In this document: in pieces, positions 50,216-61,047 of the stretch | Numbering within the stretch: position 1 is the first letter of the stretch | How the letters are laid out: each line of letters opens with the position of its first letter | NCBI GenBank assembly: GCA_963720465.1 | Contig: OY970393.1 | Span: 128,001-192,000, forward strand | DNA from: Methanobacteriota archaeon | Lineage (GTDB): Archaea; Halobacteriota; Bog-38; Methanoflorentales; Methanoflorentaceae | Reading direction: 5' to 3' | Length of the DNA: 64,000 nucleotides | Translations under genes and position numbers: made by a program | Notes under the pieces: model-generated | Database searches by the model: none | The model's input: only the letters and a program-made list of their open reading frames with translations | Told to the model about the DNA's origin: nothing

Positions 50216-52090
50216 ATGAGCGGAGATATTCAAGCTAACCCTTTCACACATTTCATTGTAGGGATAAACTACATGCCACGCAGGAGCGCATGTGAAATGT
50301 GGACGGATTGGTCGGAGAGCTCTATCGAGAAAGACTTTGAACAAATGAAGGAGCTCGGCCTCAACACCGTGAGAACGTTTATTTTTTGGAATGATTTCCA
50401 GCCGCAGCCAGATTCGATCTCTCTTCCTGCCATCAAAAAGTTCGATAAAATGCTGCAAATTGCGGAGAAGCATAACCTCAAACTGATGCCGACGTTCTTC
50501 ACTGGCCACATGAGCGGCGAGCATTATGATGTTCCGTGGCGCGGCAGCAGAGACATATGGGAGGATCCGTTTATGTTGAGCGCGCAGGTGGCACTGGTGC
50601 GATATTTTGCCGAGCGATATGCGGATAATGACGCGATACTGTGTTGGGACCTAGCCAATGAACACGACACATTCGCCCAGCCGCGAAGTGCCTATTCGGG
50701 ATGGCTTTGGACACACCTTCTCTACAGAGAGATGAAGACCTTTGATTGTTCACATCCAATAACCGTAGGGACGCATATTTCGTCACTCTTAAATGATAAG
50801 CTTCGGTTCGACATGATCGCGGCTGATTTTTTGTGTACGCATCCCTACCCAATCTATACGCCCTTTATCATAGATCCATCAGATACGATACGAAGCACAC
50901 TTTTTCCTGCATTTTCCTCCAAGCTCGCACAATGCCTCGGCAAGAGGAGGGTAATGCTACAGGAGTTTGGTACAAGCACCGAAATGACCTCTGATGATAT
51001 GAGCGCCAGGTTTTATCAATCAGTACTTTACAGTAGCCTCATAAACGAGTCAATTGGCGCGCTCGCATGGTGTTGGGCTGACTACACTGTACCTCCGGAG
51101 CGAAAGCCCTATAATACGACTCCTCACGAGTTTGAGTTTGGGATTACGGATTATGACGGCGTGCCTAAGAAACACGCCTGGGTTCTTAAGGAGTTTGCCG
51201 AAAATGCTAACTCGATCGACTACGCGGCATTAGCTCCTGAAAAACCAAAAGCAGCCATTGTGATCCCCCAATTTTACTATGAAGAGCACAGCGTCTTTTT
51301 GCCTGCATATTCTGCTGAAGCACAACTACGTTCACTATTTAGTGCTTTTGTTCTCGCCAAGCAAGCAAATATCGACGTTGACTTCATTAAGCCCGATGAC
51401 CCATTCACTTACGACCTGCTCATTATTCCGTCAGTTCCCAGTAAGGGGCATCTCACCGCTCTGCAGTGGAAAAAAGTTGAGCAGTATGTCTTAGATGGAG
51501 GTAACGTGTACTGCTCCTACAATGGCGTTGCGTTCCCAGGACTTAGTGATCTATTCGGCATCAAGGTGATTTCTCAGCTCTCTGCACCAGACACTCAGAC
51601 GTTTCATCTGCATCAACCCACTGTTACGCTGAATTATCGTACCGTGCCGAGCAAGGTAATGCTTGCCGATGAACACGAAGGAGAGGTGATCGCTCGAGAT
51701 CAGGACAACAATCCCGCAATCGTGCGAAATATGCATGGAAAAGGAACGACTTTATTTGTCACATCTCCTATTGAATACTATCTCTCGTTTATGTTGAATG
51801 CGGCTGAAATAAATGACTCATATCAACTGTACAAAATCGCCGGCCAAAACATTCAACGTTCCATTGACTACGACAATCCGTTCGTCGAGTCCAAGCTGTT
51901 TTGTGGAAAGCGGGAGAAATACATTCTCTTTGTTAGCCACCGGAATACGCCTACGACATGTAGCTTCAACATTAACGTTACGCACGGCCGTTCCGAGCAA
52001 GTTAGCCCGCGCTCAGATGAGATCGGATCAGAAAAGCCGAATGTGGTGACTATTGAGCCAAACGGTTACGCAATATTGCGTATTGAATGA
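50216..52090 (+). CDS. Clan GH-A glycoside hydrolase (GH5/GH2-like TIM barrel) with a beta-galactosidase trimerisation-like domain
   Basis: Motifs GINY.PR, LGLNTVR, acid/base WDLANE, nucleophile LQEFG and GALAWCW.D; C-terminal YDLLIIP...YVLDGGNV. No signal peptide. Confidence 0.85.
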   Translation: MSGDIQANPFTHFIVGINYMPRRSACEMWTDWSESSIEKDFEQMKELGLNTVRTFIFWNDFQPQPDSISLPAIKKFDKMLQIAEKHNLKLMPTFFTGHMSGEHYDVPWRGSRDIWEDPFMLSAQVALVRYFAERYADNDAILCWDLANEHDTFAQPRSAYSGWLWTHLLYREMKTFDCSHPITVGTHISSLLNDKLRFDMIAADFLCTHPYPIYTPFIIDPSDTIRSTLFPAFSSKLAQCLGKRRVMLQEFGTSTEMTSDDMSARFYQSVLYSSLINESIGALAWCWADYTVPPERKPYNTTPHEFEFGITDYDGVPKKHAWVLKEFAENANSIDYAALAPEKPKAAIVIPQFYYEEHSVFLPAYSAEAQLRSLFSAFVLAKQANIDVDFIKPDDPFTYDLLIIPSVPSKGHLTALQWKKVEQYVLDGGNVYCSYNGVAFPGLSDLFGIKVISQLSAPDTQTFHLHQPTVTLNYRTVPSKVMLADEHEGEVIARDQDNNPAIVRNMHGKGTTLFVTSPIEYYLSFMLNAAEINDSYQLYKIAGQNIQRSIDYDNPFVESKLFCGKREKYILFVSHRNTPTTCSFNINVTHGRSEQVSPRSDEIGSEKPNVVTIEPNGYAILRIE

Positions 52091-52384
52091 GGTCGATGGC
52101 TTTACGAATCTCACAAGAAGATTTTTTGCAGATTTTAGTAAGCATTGACTCACGGGGTTTAAAAAAGATAAAACAACTAATAGCTGAGCTTTGATGATTT
52201 AACCTAAGCGGTTATTTGTGCAACGCGAGTTATCATTCTGAATTGTGCTGATCGGCGCGGAGCCTACAGTACGTTTGCAGCTTGCCAATCGATTTTCTTG
52301 ATAACCAGAGATTCACGAAAACGTTTATAACCTCGGCGAACGTTTGGGTATGCACTTTCATTCTAACGCTATGCTGGTTCAACT

Positions 52385-53029
52385 ATGGTTGAACTCGGAA
52401 TTGATACTACAGTGCTCCTCGCGCTCTTTGCGCTTATCGGAACGGTTGTAGTAGCATTTATCAATGGTATGTTCACCATCGTACGCGTGTGGTTGGACCC
52501 GCGCCGGCAAAGGCAGGAAGAGCTTAGACAACAGCAAGGGCTGGTTAAAGCGCTCTATAATGAAGTCATACATATGTGCAAGTTTTTGCTCGATAAGCCG
52601 GAGACGATCGCCGCGGCTCCTAATAGCTATTTTAATCTCGATGTTTATTATGCGACACGCAAGGACCCTATTAAGTTTTTCATGCTACCTACAGCGCACG
52701 AGCTTGACAGCTTCTACATGGAATTCCTTGACCTGAAAAATGAGTTAAAGACGATACTGAAAAAAAAAGGCACAGGCAGCCCCAAAGAGGCAATAACCAA
52801 AGCACTCGAGCGCATTGCAACTGATATTGTATGCAGTACAGCGTGTTTAAACCAGGTAGCGACAACGATCACGGGTGTTCCCAGTGCACGAGAGCAGTTG
52901 CTGGACCTCCTTAACAACGCACAAGATGAAGCGTGCCACAAACACCTGATTCCCGAGAAACAGAACCTCCGCCAACTATTTGGACTCGAACCCCCCACTG
53001 CAGGCCTAGAGAGGTACACTCCGTGCTAG
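52385..53029 (+). CDS. Single-TM membrane-anchored hypothetical protein
   Basis: N-terminal TM helix, then RRQRQEE and ALYNE; paralog of the 44533 pseudogene. Confidence 0.7.
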   Translation: MVELGIDTTVLLALFALIGTVVVAFINGMFTIVRVWLDPRRQRQEELRQQQGLVKALYNEVIHMCKFLLDKPETIAAAPNSYFNLDVYYATRKDPIKFFMLPTAHELDSFYMEFLDLKNELKTILKKKGTGSPKEAITKALERIATDIVCSTACLNQVATTITGVPSAREQLLDLLNNAQDEACHKHLIPEKQNLRQLFGLEPPTAGLERYTPC

Positions 53030-53958
53030 CTGCAGTCATCACTTTTTTTGCAAAAAAGATTCGTTATGTTACGCTTTTCAGCCGTATAGGTGGTGAGCAA
53101 CTCATCTTTTGACATCGGCGTCACCGTGTTAGTTTCTTCATTGATTTCCAAGAAGGTTGTAAAGCCATAAGATGTGAGCAGCTCTAAGAACGTCTCGGCG
53201 CTGGTGCCAAACTCTTTTAAGCCAAGGGGCCAGAACTCTGTAATAAGTCTGATCTCTCTATTAACCTTCAATAAATTCTCCATTCCTCTTATCGCCCCAT
53301 ATTCTGCTCCCTCAATATCGATCTTGATCAGATGTACCGGCGGAAACGTTGGATTGAAATACTGGTCTAAGGTGGTTACGTCGACAAAGATGCACTCTCT
53401 GTGTTCTTCGGTGCGATAAATTCGATGCGTCGATGTTTCGTTTGGGGCTAGGTAGAGCTGGGTACTACCGTTCGCATTCGAGACCGCTTTATTAGCGAGA
53501 ACGACGTTGGTGAGATTGTTGTGTTCGACGTTTTTCTTAAGCAACGTTAAGTTCTTTGGCTCAGGCTCAAAGGCGTATACCTTTCCGGTCTCGCCGACAA
53601 TCTGCGCAGCAAGTATCGTATAATAACCGATATTCGCTCCAATGTCTATGACTGTGTTCCCTGGTTGTATGTGTTCGGTAAACATGTGTGTCGCGAGCGG
53701 TTCCACCACTCCGAATAACGACATTTCAAGGTGATAAGACTCGTTCGATGCGAGAAACAAGGTATTGCCCGCCACCTTAGCCACTGTCGGTTTGAGATTC
53801 GAACGCAGCAGTTTGTGGGTAATTATGATTAGGTGGGTCTTGTTTATTCCGATCCTCGACAAAAGCTCTATGGTAAGCCTCAAGAACTTATGGAATATGG
53901 TCAACGCATTTAGGCCCTGCACCTTGGGCCGGTGGCGTAGAATATCAGAGTTCCACAT
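53026..53958 (-). CDS. FkbM family SAM-dependent methyltransferase
   Basis: Motifs IDIGANIGYYT, AFEPEP.N, TTLD and IKIDIEGAE. Confidence 0.92.
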   Translation of the reverse strand: MWNSDILRHRPKVQGLNALTIFHKFLRLTIELLSRIGINKTHLIIITHKLLRSNLKPTVAKVAGNTLFLASNESYHLEMSLFGVVEPLATHMFTEHIQPGNTVIDIGANIGYYTILAAQIVGETGKVYAFEPEPKNLTLLKKNVEHNNLTNVVLANKAVSNANGSTQLYLAPNETSTHRIYRTEEHRECIFVDVTTLDQYFNPTFPPVHLIKIDIEGAEYGAIRGMENLLKVNREIRLITEFWPLGLKEFGTSAETFLELLTSYGFTTFLEINEETNTVTPMSKDELLTTYTAEKRNITNLFCKKSDDCS

Positions 53959-54706
53959 CTCTCATCTGCAACAGGTAACTTGAAACGCGTCTTAGTGCAT
54001 TTCGTCATTTCTGCAGTCGAACTGCCTGCAGACTCGTCGCAATACAGCATTTACCCACAATATTCTGATACTCACTAACATATAGAAACTAGATACATGA
54101 CTCAAATAAAATCCAAATCTGCCTGTAGCAAATCATTCTTTTACTACTAGCGTCACAATTAAACATCGAAATGTATGTCGCCGTATGTTAAAGTTTTCGG
54201 CAAATAGTCTGCACTAGTTCGCGTATCCTTTCCGCTGCGCTGCAGATCACTTTCACGCGAGCCCAGAATTTAGAACGGCTTACGGGATGTCACGAGCTTT
54301 AATAATCTCGCTGCCGGAGTGCCATCATTGTAAAGGCCTAGGGTGGTTGGTCCAAAGCTGCATAATTCAAAATCTATACTACGTGAAGTGAATAACGCCA
54401 GTATATCGCTCCTACAAGGGCGATAGTGGCTTAAAATTCCTGTTCAGAGAGGTTAAAAGGAACCTCTCGCGGCGCTACTTTGTTGGCCTCTACGAAATTA
54501 TGCGGGGGGCAGCTACTACTTCTGTCTAAAATCGCAGAAGAATAACCCAGCGTCCTATGATCTTCTTTTTAACGACAACAGCCAGTTTAGAGCATTACGG
54601 AACAAAGCACGTTTAAGGGCCTTTCTTAGCTTATCTGCTGATCTGCAGTTAGCCGCGTGCGGCCAATCACAATGACTAAGTGTCTTCCGCTGACCCATCT
54701 ACCATT

Positions 54707-55012
54707 ATGCTAGCCCCCGAACATTGGTCAGAGCTTTTTTCAAACGGTGCGTATCCAAAAAATGAGCTGCTACAGATCCATCATAGCAAAATCTCGCTTC
54801 ACCGCGCAAAAACTGGTTACGACTACCCAACAATTCGGCTCCCACACACATTCTCGCGACTCACAGGTTTGTCCACCTGAATCTATCAGACCGCTCACGA
54901 GGGAGCGTTGGCTTTTCGCGTGGTCATTTCACGAACAGAAAAAGCCTCAGAAAGTCGCGAATCCTCCGTCTTCATACGGCGAAGGTCGGGCGTTCGAATC
55001 GCCATCCCCTGA
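54707..55012 (+). pseudogene. IRLP-motif small protein, copy C, with a premature TGA (54878), reading into a tRNA-like 3' half
   Basis: After the stop the frame continues IYQTAHEGALAFRVVIS...SSVFIRRRSGVRIAIP, collinear with copy B. Confidence 0.7.
54966..55003 (+). repeat. tRNA-Val-like 3'-half fragment (att-like)
   Basis: CGTCTTCATACGGCGAAGGTCGGGCGTTCGAATCGCC versus tRNA-Val CGCCTTCACACGGCGGAGGTCGCCGGTTCGAATCCGG: 28/37 identical by manual alignment, and the T-arm still pairs. Confidence 0.7.
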
Positions 55013-55040
55013 AGCGTCTTTGATGGCTCGGTTCGGTTTC

Positions 55041-57064
55041 TTACGCTTCCGCTATAGTCGAAATCCCGCGCTCTTTTGAGACCCGAAATATCTGATCTGC
55101 GAAGCTCTCGAGCTCTCGTTCGTGCGAGACGATAATCACCTGTGGACACTCGAGCTCGGTGAGGATATCCTGCACTTTGAGCAGCTGTTCTTTACTGAAG
55201 CCGTCCGTGGGCTCATCAAGGATAAGCAGATTCGACTCCATCGACGTTGCGACCTTGCGCACGATCATATTAAGCGCGAGCCGGTACGCGAGTGCCACGC
55301 TCGTTTTCTCACCGCCACTCAGATAATTCACATTTTGCTCGTAGCCGTCCTGCTCGACAATAATGGAGAAGTCCTCGTCGATGCGCGCGCTCTTTGTTGG
55401 ATCTTTCACCAGCAGCTCAAACCACTGTTGGAAGAACTGATTGAACTCCTGTTGGAACGCGATCATGACGTGCCGTTCAATCGCTTCCAAGGCCTTTATG
55501 AAGTAATCTGCAAGCCAAATCCTATTTTCAGTCAAAAAACGCGCTTTTTTGACGTCGCGCTCCTTTGCTTCAACTTCGCGTTCCAGGGAGGCTACGAGCT
55601 TTTTTTGCTGCTCGACGGTAGCTTCTAGTGACGACACTTTCTTACCGATCCTCGACATGGCGTCGGCCGTTTCGCGTCTTTTGCCCTCTAAGTTTGCCAG
55701 ATCCACGGCGATCTGCTTCATTCGTTCTACTTCATCGCGCGCCTTTCCTAACGACGATCCGAGCGTTGCAACCTCCTGCTCGGCGGTGCGTATTTTTTCC
55801 TCGTTGCGCGCGATTTTCTGTCGTACCATCTCCGCTGGCGCTTGCAGCAGCGCAAGTTTGTCTTGCGACCGGCTGTACGCGTCAAGAGCATTGAGCAGCG
55901 CTTTCGCCTCAGTGAGACCTTTTTCTATGCGTCGATTTGCTGCTGCAGCGTATCCTTTCTGGCCTTTTCAGCTGCGATCTTTTTCGTAAACTGCGCAGCG
56001 TCGGCCTCTCGTCCACACGTTGGGCAGACCCCTTCTGCGCGAATACGCTCGTAATTTCTGAGGGCAGAATCAACAAAAGCAGCTTCCTTCGCACATTTAG
56101 TATGCGATTGATCGAGCGCGTCAATCGATGCTTTGAGCTCGCTCTCTTCTTGCTCAGTCGGCCTTTTGAGCGCTCGCAATCCTTCGATCTCCCCCTCCCG
56201 CGTCGTGAGCTCTCTAGTGGCGTCAGCGAGTTCACGCTGTGCGACCCGGATGTCGTCTTGTGCTCTTTCTATCTGTCGTTCGAGCTGCGGAATTCCTCCC
56301 TCGGCTTGAGCAAGTGCCTCTTTCTGGCCGCGCAAATTTTTAAGTTGCTCATCAAGGGCGTCAAGCTCGCGTTGCAGCGCATCCTCTTCGATCCGTTTGT
56401 GTGCGATCGTCTGTTCGGCGTGGCGGATATCACCACTCAGGGAGAGCACCTCGGCGCGCTTGGTTTCCACGTCTAACGCGGAAGCCTCGAGAATCGCGGC
56501 TCGAGTGTTGCACGCAGTTGAGACGAGCTGAGCGTTATCTCGCGCGATCTTGTAGTCCTCGATTCGGAGCACCTTGTAGAGCGTTTTTAGTCGCTCCTGT
56601 GGATTGAGCGCTAAAATTGCCTTCATCTCCTCTTGAGGGGTGAAGATCGCATAGCGATAGATCAGACTCTGTGCTCGTGGGTCTCGAGGCTCGTTGAACC
56701 TCAGTATCTCCAGGATGCATTCCTTTAGCTCTGCCGGACTGAAACCCGTCACGCCGTTAGGCCCTTCAAGGTGCCCCTCCGCCTGCTGGACGTTGCCGCC
56801 TTTCCGTACGAGCGTCCGGCGCACGATATATTCGTCACCATCGACGGCAAATGCGAGACTAACGGAGCCTTTGGACTCGTTTGTCTTGAGCAGGGAGCCG
56901 CCCTTTTGCGATCCAAGGCCGAAGAGCGCGAATTCGATGGCCATCAGAATGGTAGACTTCCCTGAACCGATGTCGCCTTCAAAGAGCGATATGCCTTGGG
57001 GGAACGCTATCGTCGCCGTCTTATAACTCCTGACGTTTTCAAGTTTAAGCGAGCGTAGTATCAC
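55041..57064 (-). pseudogene. rad50: Rad50/SbcC ATPase split by a 1-nt deletion near 55929 (real or sequencing error)
   Basis: Walker A GDIGSGKS, Q-loop PQEEM and Zn-hook CPTC lie in ORF 55925..57064. Signature LSGGE, LDEPT and VSH lie in ORF 55041..55829, whose frame is open up to 55928. Confidence 0.88.
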
Positions 57065-58323
57065 TTCTCAAAGGCTCCTTTCAGTTGAAGGACTCCGAGC
57101 GCGTCTTCGATCATGCGCGCCTCGTACTCCTTCTTGTTCTCAGTAGCGCTTTTGTCCTCTTTCAGAACCCGTAGTAGTTCAAGGGAGAGATTGACGCCTA
57201 AATCACCCTGGAGCTCAGGAATGTTGGCTTGTACAGTCCCAACGTTCTCCTTGAAGAGCCGTTCTTCGATGACTGTTACATCCTCTCCAGCGACCTTTAT
57301 CGCGGCGTAGTCAGCTGAAGTGAGGCCGCGGCGACCGAGGTGCACGTCGACAGCGCCGCGTTCGTAAAGCAGGTTCTGCAAGTGTACAAAGTCTATATCA
57401 GACGTCTTTCCACCGGATAATTCGCCCCGTATCTTCAATACGACGATCTTACCGTCCACGTCAAGGCCGCCAAATGATTCGGCGAGTGTGTCTTGGGCGC
57501 GCGACGAATTGAGCCCTGTTAGATTATACTCTTTGTACGTGCTCTCGACCAAACCCGTTTCAACGAACTCCACGTCCGTGACCGTTTGATCGAAGCTTAT
57601 GATGTAAAATCCCCGGCGCTCGCCCCTGGCCGTGAACTCAAAATCGCGCCCATAACCAGCGAAAAGCGGTCCGGGGAACACGATCCTGTCGTATCCTGGG
57701 AGGCGGTGCTCTGAGTGCTGATGAACGTGTCCACCGGCGTAGTAGTCAAAACCCTTTGGGAAGAGCGAGATAGGGATTGAGTCCATCCTAGTGAGGTACT
57801 CGGGCTTGAGCTCGTCAATGCCGGAGTGAAAGGCAAAGATCTTGAACCCGTCGAGACATTCGAGATCGTCTCGATCGAGCATGTCGTAGTACTCGCGCTC
57901 TAATCCTATCCGTCGCGCTGAGATACCAACGAGCTTCGCGCCCGTACGCGCGTCTACGACGCACTCGAGTTTGAGCGTGCCGTCGATGACTTGTGGCTTG
58001 ACAATCTTCGTTAGGAGGCCAGCGCTTTCGATCACGTCTATAATGGACGTGCTCGTCGGCGTATAATCATGGCTTCCGTAAATAGCGTAAATCGGTATGC
58101 CGTGTTCGGTAACGTCTCGCATCTTTGCAACGGCTTGCCTTACTGTGTTGAGATCCGAGGGCACCCCGACGTGGAACAGGTCCCCTGAGATGACAATGAA
58201 ATCGACCTTGCGCGTAATGCAAATGTCCATGGCTCGCACAAAGGCGCCGATCTCCAACTCCGCCATCTTCCCGTGTCGGTTTGCACCGAGATGGACGTCT
58301 GCCATATGGGCAAATTGATGCAT
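57061..58323 (-). CDS. mre11: Mre11/SbcD nuclease
   Basis: Motifs ADVHLG, SGDLF, GSHD, FH, GGHVH and FPG. Confidence 0.92.
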   Translation of the reverse strand: MHQFAHMADVHLGANRHGKMAELEIGAFVRAMDICITRKVDFIVISGDLFHVGVPSDLNTVRQAVAKMRDVTEHGIPIYAIYGSHDYTPTSTSIIDVIESAGLLTKIVKPQVIDGTLKLECVVDARTGAKLVGISARRIGLEREYYDMLDRDDLECLDGFKIFAFHSGIDELKPEYLTRMDSIPISLFPKGFDYYAGGHVHQHSEHRLPGYDRIVFPGPLFAGYGRDFEFTARGERRGFYIISFDQTVTDVEFVETGLVESTYKEYNLTGLNSSRAQDTLAESFGGLDVDGKIVVLKIRGELSGGKTSDIDFVHLQNLLYERGAVDVHLGRRGLTSADYAAIKVAGEDVTVIEERLFKENVGTVQANIPELQGDLGVNLSLELLRVLKEDKSATENKKEYEARMIEDALGVLQLKGAFEK

Positions 58324-58334
58324 CGTTGAAAGCC

Positions 58335-59930
58335 TCAGACAACTCTTCGGTTGGGTTTTAGGTGAATGTCGTGCTTGTCTTCAGGGGTATCTCTAGTGGG
58401 GTATTCTGCCACGTAGTCGTCAAAGAGTGGTACCTGGATAGGAATTGCAAATTTGGTGAATATGCTGCTTACGATAGCCTCCCCTTTGTCCAAACTACCA
58501 ATCGTCGCGTAGTCCTCCTTGAGGTCTTGTGCGGCGCTACTGATGATCGCGTTTCGTTCGCTCGCCATCTCGTTTCCGAAGATGATCTTAGTATTCAGGT
58601 TTGCTAAGACCGTAGTGGGGATAACGCTCGTTAACTGGGTAATCGCCACGAGGCCGATCTTAAATTTCCTTCCTTCGCGCGCGACGGTGCTGTACGTGGT
58701 ATCGCCCCCTTGACTTAGCACATCGGCGCCGAGCACGCGCGGGGCCTCCTCAATCACGATGCTTACCACGGGCTTGTCCTCGAGTTTGGAAACGCCGCTG
58801 CTCCCGGTCTCTTGTTTGTACCTTTGATACTTCGTCAAAATCTCGTTTATGACCAGGCTTCCGATAAGGAGCTCAGCTTTGTCGCTAAGCCTCGACGTAT
58901 CCACGACAACGATCATCCCGCTTTCCAGAGCTGCGATCATTTCGCTGAGCGTCGACTCTCCTGAGGTGGCGCTGAAGGCTCGGTTGTAACAGATAAGGTC
59001 TCCTTGCTCGTTGACGTCTAAACCCAATGCCGTCTTAAACTTCCTTTGAAGGACAGCTGCGGTCATTGGGGCGACGTTTTCAGGTCGCTCGTCTTTAAAG
59101 ATGGCTGCGATCCACTGTTTATCCTTTTTATGGGCGAAGTAATAGCCGTACAGCGCTTCAGACTGCGCGTCAGTGAGGTTGACAAGCTCCTCAATATGCC
59201 ACGGCATTATCGATTTTAGGTTGATAACAAGCGTACTTGTTCCCGCGGGGGCCGCAAGCGAGTAGTACTTTATCTTATCTTTCGCGTCAGGGTGATTGCT
59301 GAGGCCGAGTTCTTTGCCCCTGCCGCCGTAATACTCGTCGTGCGCGTCGAGGACCAACACTCCGAGGTCGTCGTCGTTTACCACGCTCCACAGCAGAACC
59401 TTCACAAGGTTGCTTTTTCCTCTGCCCGTCGTCGCGGGGATGAGCACGTGGTGGGTGAACAAATCCTGTGCGTTGAGCCTCACGGGCACGTCGAGAACGT
59501 TCGATCCGCTCCGCACCTTGCCGAGGAACGCCGTGTTCTCAGGTACCTCCATGAACTGAAGGTCCTCGTTAATTACGTGCCGCACCGAGGAGAAAAAGTC
59601 AGGCAGCGCCTTTGGAATCGTGACCTGCGTTCCCGAAACCAAGGCGACCGCTCGAGCTTCGGCCAAAACATAGTTCCGCAGACTTGGATCGAAGAACTCC
59701 AGACTGCCTCCGCGACCTTCCAGTTCTAGTCCAGCAGTGAGTTCGAGCAGGTTCTGAGAAACCTGACTGCCATAGAACAGGTTGTGAACCTGAAGGATAA
59801 GCGAACCACCTTCGCCGCTTTCTGCAACCAAAAGATTTCCCAGCTCTATTTTCGCGTCAGTCTTCTCTCTGATAAGGATATGTGCCACCTTGCCGGCGAT
59901 GACTTGGCCGACGATCTCCAATTCTTCCAT
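58335..59930 (-). CDS. herA: HerA DNA translocase
   Basis: HAS-barrel N-terminus; motifs [26 protein letters not shown] and AREGRKF.IGL..ITQ. Confidence 0.92.
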   Translation of the reverse strand: MEELEIVGQVIAGKVAHILIREKTDAKIELGNLLVAESGEGGSLILQVHNLFYGSQVSQNLLELTAGLELEGRGGSLEFFDPSLRNYVLAEARAVALVSGTQVTIPKALPDFFSSVRHVINEDLQFMEVPENTAFLGKVRSGSNVLDVPVRLNAQDLFTHHVLIPATTGRGKSNLVKVLLWSVVNDDDLGVLVLDAHDEYYGGRGKELGLSNHPDAKDKIKYYSLAAPAGTSTLVINLKSIMPWHIEELVNLTDAQSEALYGYYFAHKKDKQWIAAIFKDERPENVAPMTAAVLQRKFKTALGLDVNEQGDLICYNRAFSATSGESTLSEMIAALESGMIVVVDTSRLSDKAELLIGSLVINEILTKYQRYKQETGSSGVSKLEDKPVVSIVIEEAPRVLGADVLSQGGDTTYSTVAREGRKFKIGLVAITQLTSVIPTTVLANLNTKIIFGNEMASERNAIISSAAQDLKEDYATIGSLDKGEAIVSSIFTKFAIPIQVPLFDDYVAEYPTRDTPEDKHDIHLKPNRRVV

Positions 59931-59935
59931 GCGTG

Positions 59936-61047
59936 TTACCCCAATGTGTTTAAGAGGCTATGAGCATCAGTAGCCTTGACGTGCCGGTAAAACTTCTCCC
60001 ACTTCCCCATCGTGGCCATCTGCGAGCGCAGTATGGTGTAATAATGCTCGCGCTCGGAACTCGTTACTCGCGCAAAGCGGTCGGCGTCGATGAGCCCATA
60101 CGGGTATCCCGGGAACGTGTAATCCGTTGAATTTCGCACGAGCTGCGTGAGAATCTCGCTGAGCGCACGCTCATCAAGTGATTGAAATTGATCTCTTTGG
60201 ATCTCGAGTCGGAATATGCGCTCTGAAATCGCGTTGAGCTTTACGCCGAGTATGAACACATAGTGATCCTTGTTCGTCGCGTCCGCTATCGGGTAGTACC
60301 ATTCTGAGATAATGCCTTTTTCAGACGAGAGCTTGTCAAGCGCGCCGAGCAGCGAATAGCCCGTGTCAGTGAAAAGAGCGCTCGTCTTAGAAAGTCCTGC
60401 GAGAACGACCCCTTTCTTCTGTGCCGCCTGGCTGAGCTCGTTCAAATACTCGTACTCATTCGGAAACGCCGTCTGAAGGGTGCCATCGAGCACTATCACG
60501 TCGCCAGCAACGAGCTCGTTTTCAACAACGCTCTTTGCCAGCACGAGCTCTGAGAATCGTCGCGAGATAGAGCCGACTCGATAGATGTCCGCACGCTGAT
60601 TTCCGACGGTGATCGACCGATCCATCGAGCTAAACGAGAGATCACGTTCTCGCGGGAGAATGGTCTCTTCATCGGAGAGCGGGACAAGCGTGGTGTGTAC
60701 TGGATCTCTCCTCTGTCGAAGTCGGAGAACGTCGCTGCGAAGAACTCGACCCGCTTGGGGATGGACCTTTCGGGTATCCTTGTGTTTCCGTTCCAAACGC
60801 CAAAATAGACCCGGTTGAGTTGGACAGAAAAGTTGGGCGCTCCTAGTATCTCTTGATTGCCGCCATCAACGAACGCCGTTTTTTTGTCGGAATCGAGGCG
60901 TTGGATGATCTTGAATCCGCTAGGCGTGAGTGGGAAAGGCTGTACCCCTCGTTCAGGGAAAAAGGGGTTGCCTATCCTCTCGTCGTCTAAGTGGGAGTCT
61001 AGGCGTTCGATGAGCTCGCCAGCGACTTGTGAAGTTTCCTTCTTCAT
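59936..61047 (-). pseudogene. nurA: NurA nuclease split by a 1-nt deletion near 60696 (real or sequencing error)
   Basis: AFVDGG lies in the upstream frame. RRFSE, LDGTL, GLSKTS and PGYPYGLIDADRFARV lie in the downstream frame. Confidence 0.85.

Noticed and set aside
45047-54880. In-frame TGA codons (45047, 54878) as selenocysteine or readthrough
   Set aside because: Neither aligns to a Cys position in its paralog (54878 aligns to Lys in copy B), no SECIS-like element was seen, and other lesions indicate pseudogenes.
55925-60700. Programmed -1 frameshifting in rad50 and nurA
   Set aside because: No X-XXY-YYZ slippery heptamer in the required frame at either junction; mutation or sequencing error is simpler.
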